A stretch of DNA of 64,000 nt from NCBI RefSeq assembly GCF_964355755.1, contig NC_092673.1, forward strand, positions 15,162,948-15,226,947, read 5' to 3'. Position 1 is the first letter of the stretch, and the number at the start of each line of letters is the position of its first letter. The notes below the pieces were generated by a model. It saw only the letters and a list, made by a program, of their open reading frames with translations. It was not told where the DNA came from and ran no database searches. Positions 55,111 to 64,000 of this stretch are shown in pieces. The translations under genes were made by a program, and so were the position numbers. This stretch comes from Antedon mediterranea (Eukaryota > Animalia > Echinodermata).

Positions 55111-55209
55111 ATTTAACATTGCTATAATATACGCATATATTATTTTTTCAACGTCTTTTATCTTTTCAATTTCATTTCAATTTTCCGAAAAGAAATGCAT
55201 GTAGGCCTA

Positions 55210-56250
55210 CTAGCTATAATAGTAAAAGACCGCGTTATGTGATTCTGCGCATGTCATGTTATGGTATAGTAACCAGTTATGTCGAAAAACTAAAGGGTCG
55301 AAATTTGGCAATTTTCGAAAAAAAAATATCTCTACTATAATTACAGGGTTTTATTTTCAAAAAATTGCCAAATTATCTACTTAAAAATATGTATTGAGGT
55401 AACATGCGCAGAACACATTATGGGATTCTGCGCATGTCACATGATATTGTAACCAGTTTACATGTGGAAAAACTAAAGGGTCGACATTTGGCAATTTTGC
55501 TAAAAAAATTAGTACATTAATTGTTTAAAAACATGGTCAAATTATCGACTTTAAAAAAATATGTTAAGGCAACATTATTTGATTCTGCGCATGTCACATG
55601 TTATAGTAACCAGTTAGCCTATGTCGACAAATAAAAGTAAACATTTTGCCATTAAAAAAAATATCGCTGACTATAGTACAAGGATTTTTCCCCCGAAAAA
55701 TTACCAAATTATCAACTTTTTAAAACATTTATTGAGGTATGATAGAGTAAACCAGTTATGTCAATGTGCAATATATTATGTGCATCTGCGCATGTTAAAT
55801 AATGATATACTTAGTAACCAGTTGACCGTCGAAAAACAAAAGGGTCAAAATTTGGCAATTTTTCGAAAAATATCTCTGTAAGATTATAGTACAGGGATTC
55901 TTTTTGGAAAAATTGGGAAATTATCGAATTTTATCAAATATGTAGGCCTATTGCATTTACATGCGCCAAACATATTTTGTGGTTTTGCGCATGCCATAGG
56001 ATAATTATAGTAACCAAATATGTCGAAAAATAAAAGCGAAAAAATTGGCAATCTTTTCGAGAGAAAAAATTCCTGTACTATAGTACAGGATTTCTTTAAA
56101 AAAATTGACAAATTATCGTCTCAAAATGAATTTAGGTATACATGCTCATGTCACATTATGATATACAGTAAAGTAACCAGTTATGTCGAAAAACAAAAGC
56201 GTCGGAAAATGGCCAAATGTATAGAGGTAACATTCGAAGAACACATTATG
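55210..56250. repeat. Diverged ~170-200-bp tandem units
   Basis: Recurrent ctgcgcatgtca..agtaaccagttatgtcgaaaaa..tttggcaatttt, about 6 units. Confidence 0.75.
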
Positions 56251-56377
56251 AAGTTATTTCGAACAAGGACAACATTTGGTCATATAGAATCAACAAGTGT
56301 TATCAAAAACGGACCGGGTGAACCACTTTGTCGAAAAATATTGGCATTTCAATATCTAAGTTGCTGAAGTTCTTTAA

Positions 56378-56675
56378 AGATATATTGTCTCCCCAAAAAA
56401 ACATGAAAATGAAGGTTTATTTTTAAAAAGGACTTTTACAGTTTTAATAAAGTGAATTACTTTCATAAAAACAAAACTAAAAAAAGTCACTTAGGCCCTA
56501 TAAAAAGATAAATAAACGGTTAAATTCAACCAAAAACTCATACTTCCAGTCTAGTCAATAGACCAATTTTTGCTTTAATTTACAGTTTTTTTCAGATACA
56601 ATTTTTGGCCTATAAGACATGAAAATGGCATTCTCAAGAAAGAAAAAAATGTTGTTAAAGGGGACAATATATATT
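56378..56675. mobile_element. Kolobok-like ~300-bp MITE
   Basis: TTAA|AGATATATTGTCTCC ... GGGGACAATATATAT|TTAA. Confidence 0.6.
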
Positions 56676-57276
56676 TAACTGGTAATTGGTAAGGAAATAC
56701 TGTACACCCAAAGGAAGAAAAGACAAGAAGACCATTTAACAAAACGATATTTTATTGAAGTAAATAATAATAATAATATTATATATAGTGCCAGTTTCTT
56801 CTTTTACGTGGCTGTACTGATTTTCTTCCCGACAAACCAAGTATAGTTATCACACGCCACGTAATGTTTTTCATTTTTCTTGCATTATTTCATTGGAAAA
56901 AAGCGCCATCACAGACAGGCCTTGGTAGTGATAGTTGTATTGTTGATAAGTAGCACTGGACAAGTATCCACAGTTTACTAAGCGTGTGTTTCAACAGAGT
57001 ACAACATCTTTCACGGAGATGATAATCGGTGATAATATACAATAAACAATCTCACTATACTAGTATCTTACCAGACTATTTCAAATCAATAAGGTAGGAT
57101 ACGTAACAGTATGTGTTAGTTTGTACAAAACGCACACGGTTTCAAATTTACTGACTAGTCGAGAAAGAGGTACAGTAGTAGGCCTAATATTTTTAACACA
57201 TTGAAATCTGAGAAGGTATTTGTTTATAATACAATGACATATAATGGTACAGTTGGTAAACTAATAATGTTAGTAC

Positions 57277-57327
57277 AGTAGTAGTAGTAGTAGTAGTAGT
57301 AGCAGTAGTAGTAGTAGTAGTAGTAGT
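57277..57327. repeat. (AGT)n microsatellite
   Basis: ~16 triplets. Confidence 0.95.
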
Positions 57328-60300
57328 TAAAGTTCAATACCTATTATTTCACGTAATTATCATAAATAAGCAGGCGTAGGCCTACACCGTACTGTTTATT
57401 CTAATGTACCGGTATATGTAATTTCTTAATTAGTAGGTACAGCAGTTTTCCATTACGTTCTGCATGTACTCTTCTTATCTTATACAGTAGGCCTAGTTTT
57501 TTTTTTCATAACCCATTTTCTGTTTTGGAATAACTATTTAACTTTTTTGCTCTATTAATCAACTATATTAGGTATTAGGCCCAGTAAAGTGTATGTCCGC
57601 GTCTTTGCATATCAACAACAATGGGTGTGGGGGAAATGTACATTGTAATGATATATTATACATTTTACATTGTATTACGATGATAGACGATGTTTACTGT
57701 TGACAGTGGACTTCTTTCCAATCTGTGACATACTTGATCGCCATGCGCTAAATTTGATTTACAACATTAAACTTGACCGAGTGGCGTGGCGTATCACTAA
57801 ATCACTGAATTCCATTATTCTGTTTCGTTCATTATCTAACTGAATTAAATACATCGGAAATAATCCACATAACAAAACAGATACAAACAAGTGAGACTTT
57901 TCAGCTAACTATGGTTTCAGGCAAAGTGCGATGTTAGTAGATCCACAATTCATATTGTTATGTTTTATGTACTTACACACACTCTTCTCCCTCGGGTTAA
58001 GACGTTTGCCGGATTAGTGGCACGAAAAAAGAGCAGAAGAGCACCCCTCCCCCCATGATTCGATTCCCGAGAATAAATTCGCATAGTGGAAACATGGTAT
58101 ATTGTTTAAAAAGATGACTTTTTCGACCTGTGGTAGGCATGTTGAATTAAGAATAAACCGCCTCCGAATTCATGTATTAGGGTAGTTAAGTGAAAATGAT
58201 CACAGTCATTTTTAAATTCACTGTTCGGGTTTGTTCTGATCGAAATATTAACATAACAAGTAGTATAGCAATGGAAGATATCAAAGTGCTGAGTTAAATA
58301 AATTGCCTTCAAATACTAGGAATGTACTTTACAGACTTAACCATCAAAAATGACATTGAGAATTTCAATATAGACTGCACATGTTTTGAAATGCTTACTC
58401 GGTATTTAGAGACGAAGAATAGAAATCAGAATGTGTACTATAATAATACTAAATTGAGTTTGGAGGACATTGAGACTAGATCAATCAAGTACTAATGACT
58501 ACATCGTATTCATAAGCTTATTTAATCTACGATTGGATATATTTCGCTATTATGGTGGTACTGTACTACCGTAACTATATTATTACAGTAGGAGGCCTTA
58601 CATCTCGCTATTCATTCATTCATTCATAATAACATTTACTTCTTTTTCTCTTTCAATGTAAACAAAATACAAATTTAAATATAAATAATATAGATGCAAA
58701 ATCCAGAAAGTAAAATAAAAGGTCTCCATCCAAAAAAACCTGTGACGGGTAGCCAGTCAAAAATCAAATTGTATTCATATTGATGTTTGATTTAACATAC
58801 AGAAATAAAACAGGACAGACAAACAAACAAGCCAAGCACAAAAAGACAAAGACAATGATTAATACCATGGAAGCACAGAAAACCAAAATAAATGTGTTCT
58901 TATTTTATTTAATTTTGCAAGTAATTTTTATTGTGGTGTACGGTATAAATCTAATTGGTAGTTTTCCCGAAATTCCCCCTTTTTATTACTCACCACACAA
59001 TCCTGACGACCGGATAAAGATAGGACTTAAAAGTTCCGATATGGTGGTAATGCCGTATAAACCTATTAGTACTTGTAGGTAGGCCTTGGATTATATTGTA
59101 ATAACAATTTATTGTCACTAGTTATTAATATTTAGCCCCAATGTTTCTATATTAATATTAATACAATCTATTGTAATATAGTGTTGTGTTGAGGTACTAA
59201 TGAAGACTCTTACTCGCTTAACTGTCGTAACACATATTGTTTATTCAGTATAATACTTCAGTACAATATACAACTATAAGTATAGATAAGGAACGGAGGA
59301 TCAGTGATGCTGTCGGTGAGGTGAGGTGTGAAGTGTGTAGGTCTGCTTCTGAAGAAGTGGCTGTAAGGTGTGTGCTCCGTGAGGTGGCTGTAAGGTGTGT
59401 GCTCCGCGAGGTGGCTGTAAGGTGTGTCTGGGCTCTTCTGAAACTTGGGGGTATATTGGCTTCGGTTCATTTGCATAATATGTCACTACGTAATCTGTGA
59501 GGGTAACGATTGGTCCTAAGTTGATCCCAATATATCGATCATCAAAATTCAAAATTAATCTTTTATAAAAAAACTCGTTACAAAATCAATACTTAATCAT
59601 AATTTTAATTCTTCTCTTTTAACTGAAATCACATTATTACTAAACAAATATCATCAAATACGTAGACTATGCTATCATTAATTTATCAAATGTCGTAATT
59701 TAAAAATAATCTTGCAAAAAAAAATTAAATCAGTAATTCGTTGCATTATACAAACGTTTTATGAATCGTTTTGGCGATCCACTTATCGGTATCTGTTTAT
59801 CATTAATGATCTCTTTAATCAATTTATCTGTATCGTTATATCTGTCAATATTCCACCAAAATTTGCGATCATTAGATTCGTGTTTTGTTTTATCAGAGTT
59901 GTGTTTGGCTGAAGTCGGTTTAGAATATGAAACTAAAACTTGGAAATGTCCTGCTTTAAATCTACCTCGGTTTAATGTCATATTTGAATCATTGGGTGCT
60001 GTCATAATTAAATTAGTTTGTTCCTTAATTTGTTCTTCTTTCATTTGGAATGGGGCTGCTAATCCCATGTTATTCTCTACACAGTCAATGTAAGGTTGTT
60101 TAATGGATTCTACTTTAGTTGGATGTGTAAGGGTATCTGATTGGGTGGGTGTCCTATCATGTTCGTTGACAAATTAAACATTGTTTTCGTCATTTACTAC
60201 GTTAACGGTGTTCTGAATTTTCTCATTATTATCGGTGGGTTTAGGCCTATTCAACAATTATTTTAACAATTTAAAAAAACAATTTTAGTGTATATATATG

Positions 60301-62387
60301 TAAACTCTCACTTTTCAATCAAGGTTACAAATCAAAAATCAAAATGGTTTTGACTTACCCCAAATGCTTCGGATCCAATTAAAAATGAATTAAAGGAATG
60401 CAAAAAGTGTTCAAAAATGTTTAAATGTTCAAACAACGAATTAAAGAAATGTTAAAGTGCTCATCAATGTTCAAATTTTCAAACAACGAATTCAAGGAAT
60501 GCGAAAGGTGTTCATCAGTGTTCAAAATGGTCAAAAAAAGTAAATGTTAAAAAAAACGATCGAAAAAAACCGGCGTGAAGTTGAAAGTGTCCAAACGAAA
60601 CAGTTCTTGTCCGCTTGCTTCTGTTTTCCGTTTTGATTATTCTTGTGTCTTTCTCGATTATCTTCTTTGTCTTCATCCAATGGTTATAATTTGATAAAAT
60701 TTCTGCTTGTCTCGATCTCATTCAAATATAATTTCAGCTTGTCTTTTGTGTAAAAGTAGATTTCTGGTTTTCTCCTTTCAAACAAATATGGTTATTTTTG
60801 TCTTCGTCTTCGTCTTCGTGTCTTGTTAAGTGTTTACTTCTTGTTTTCTTGTTATTCTGTTTTCTCACTCTGTTCCTTATAAAATTTGGGTCTTCCACCA
60901 TGTAATATAGTGTTGTTGTTGTACTGACTTGTAAAATGTAAATATACTATTGTATATTACGTTTAATATAAAAATATAACATTAACTCCACTCTATAACC
61001 ATATCATGTTAAGGTTTTATTACGTAAGTCATTACGTCAGACATTTTACTGTCTGCATTTGTATTAATTATTGTGGCTATTAGTAGGCCTACGTACTTCC
61101 AAATGATTACTGTAATCATTTTTATACGGAGGTTGTTCTTTATAATAATTTATTGATAAACTGTATCGGATACTTTAATCAGACCTAGTCAGGATTTTTA
61201 CAAGAGGTTCGTTTTTTCCACACAAAAATTTGCGAAAATTGTTATGAGATGGGGGACGGGGTTCGGAACCGTTAAATCCTTTGGGTAGATATTAACTACT
61301 TTGATGGGACAACGAAGATAAATATAATCAATGTGTAGTGTGTACAACATCAATCAATAATATCAGATTTGAACCCAGCGAGAGACCATGGTATGATTAA
61401 ATCGGGCTACTGTTTATGGTTGCTTAGCAACTTGTTTATTTTTATGTCTATGCAATAACCGTCGTATAAATTGAAAACACGTAAATAGGCTTTGCAGTAT
61501 TGTAGGCCTAAAATAGGGTCGATGACATTGTATCGTGCTAAGCATAATATGTTACAATCATTTTGTATTGATGTATTATATATAACAATCGACTGTCACC
61601 TTTTTTTTAATTGAAATAAGTACCCCTCCAAAGACTAAGTCCTTGGCGAACTTCTTAAAGACATTCTGGTGCCCTTGGTATCGAACTTCTCTCATCTTGT
61701 CAACGTCACGTACTTAATTATCATAATTGTTCGATAATGAGCTAACGATTGTGTGATAATGTTTTTTAAACAATAAAGCAGACATATCAATAGTTTACTT
61801 TTGAATGGTTGTCCACTAATGTTGTCAAACGTCATTGTACGAAACGTCCCTGAAGCAGAACCGATTCTTCAAGGTTCACCGCTGTAGTTAACAACGTGTT
61901 ATGGACATGGTCGATGAAGATGAATGCATACATCTATATATAAATTTACGTAAGGGCAAAATTCGGTAAATCGCGCCTTACTTCTAGAATTTTTACTCGA
62001 TGGTATATAAAGTTGGTTCGTACTTTCGGTACTGATTTTAACCACCTGATGTAACCCTGTTTACTAATTAAATTAAGTTAGATAATTAGTTATTGACGAT
62101 TAAAACGAATTTAGGTTCAACGATTTGCCCCAAATAGGGGTGTTTTCCGATCGTGGTATACACTGTCTAATGGATGTCCATCTTGAAAAATACCCGCCAC
62201 AAAAATGCGAGGAGGCTTCGCATTTTCCTATCTCCTCCTACGATAATTGTTTTTAATAGCTGAAAACCGGTTGAACAGTTCGAGTACAGCATCATAATGT
62301 TGAAGACAGGCCGATTTTTTTAAAAAAATACTATTTTGATACATTTAATATACGTTTTTACAAATGTATTGATTTTTGATGAATGGA

Positions 62388-62918
62388 ACATTCCAAATTA
62401 TTTGGTTTAACCATACAGGTATAGATTTAGATTTATGGGCCCCCTTGGAGAATAAACATAAATAGTATTGCAATGCTGTACAATACTGTTAAGGTATTAA
62501 CCACTTTTGATCGCAATTTGAATCGCAAATTTCTTACTGTGAGTGTTGGTACTGTTAGATGTAATATAAAAATATATACAAATAAACTTTATTACTGTGA
62601 GTATGGGTAGGCCCTACTGTTAGATTATAAACATATAATATACAAATAAACATTCCAAATTATTTGGTTTAACCATAGAGGTATAGATTTAGATTTAGAT
62701 TTATGGGCCCCCTTGGAGAATAAACATAAATAGTATTCCAATGCTGTACAATACTGTTAAGGTATTAACCACTTTTGATCGCAATTTGAATCGCAAATTT
62801 CTTACTGTGAGTGTTGGTACTGTTAGATGTAATATAAAAATATATACAAATAAACTTTATTACTGTGAGTGTGGGTAGGCCCTACTGTTAGATTATAAAC
62901 ATATAATATACAAATAAA
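62388..62918. repeat. ~262-bp tandem duplication
   Basis: acattccaaattatttggtttaaccata... at 62388 and 62650. Confidence 0.92.
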
Positions 62919-64000
62919 TAAACGTTATTACTGACAGTTGCTTCTCAACGTTTGTATTAATTAATAATTTAAAAATATATAAACGTCGTAGTGGTGTATC
63001 GTTACATGTACTTTACTATTTCAATCGACTATGACAGTGAGAGTTTTAACAAAGTACCGTATTAAATCGTAAATGGTTTACTGTATTTAGTGGTATATTA
63101 TTTATAGGCCTATAAAACATTAAAAACAATATTTCGTTACTGAGTGGATAAGAATATATTTTAAAATGTTTCCTCTTTGTACCTATCTTCTCCCCCCATC
63201 CCTCAACCCTTAATGTTACATACAAAACACAAATTGGGTTTGTTTAAATGAGTCCAAATAAAAAAATTTGACTCATTTTGTTTCTCTCTCGGAAGTAATT
63301 CCCAGGGTGCTAATTTTGGTTGACTACATAAATCATCGTGTCTATTTATTCGTTTCTGTAAACGACAATGTATTATAGTCCTGCAGTACGTACATTTGAA
63401 ATCTCCATTTTTTTCTCGCTGGAAATACTGTGTATTCGAGAACCATCTGTGGGCACGACCTAGATGGTACGCGAGCGAAGCGAGCGTGCCATCTAGTAAT
63501 AATAAGTACCCATGATTCATATAACCAACTGGTAGGCCTACGTAAATGTATACGGCATTGGTTTTCGTTTCGTGGTTCAAATCAGTACAGAAAGCATGGA
63601 CCTACGTTCTAAACCATTGATTAAAAACTACACACGATAAACACGATTGACTGAATTTGCACTGGCTTTAATAATACATACATAGATATGTATTCAATGG
63701 GATTAATGTAGTAATGTAGCCCATGTGCTGTATATTTTATATTGTTTTGTTTATGTTGTATACCCGGGGTTTTATATTCTTAACTAAATACACAATAAAG
63801 AAAACCGGTAGCGGTACTATATATAACAACCGTGCATTAACTATTGTAATACTTTTGTAATCATATCCAAAAATAAAGTCACTTTTATTATTGCCAGGGA
63901 TAACGTTATTATTGTTAGCATAATACATAGCCCACAACGAGTATAATGTACAATTGAAGAATTAAATACTTTAATAATAGTACAGTTTAAAAAGAATAGT

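Noticed and set aside
56700-64000. Further protein-coding gene in the last 7 kb
   Set aside because: Only short low-complexity ORFs; no recognisable domain or consistent exon chain seen.

Overview
AT-rich eukaryotic (invertebrate-type metazoan) genomic DNA with spliced GT-AG genes. It holds (i) the 3' part of a prominin-family gene on + (12 clear exons, 590-20371, plus uncertain C-terminal exons), (ii) a complete 3-exon mitochondrial ATP synthase subunit e gene on - (33648-34471), and (iii) head-to-head with it, 183 bp between ATGs, a complete 15-exon DDX41/abstrakt DEAD-box helicase gene on + (34655-50994, ~621 aa). Introns and flanks contain a decayed Penelope-like retroelement, LINE fragments, tRNA-derived SINEs, several MITE families (some nested three deep), a Helentron/DINE-like element and many tandem arrays (17, 22, 23, 32, 48, 60, 63/126, ~67, 101 bp units). 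Most notable: two different minimal hammerhead ribozyme motifs attached to the same short terminal module, and a 3'-UTR tandem array that appears derived from the last codons and stop of DDX41. All calls were made by eye; no searches were run.
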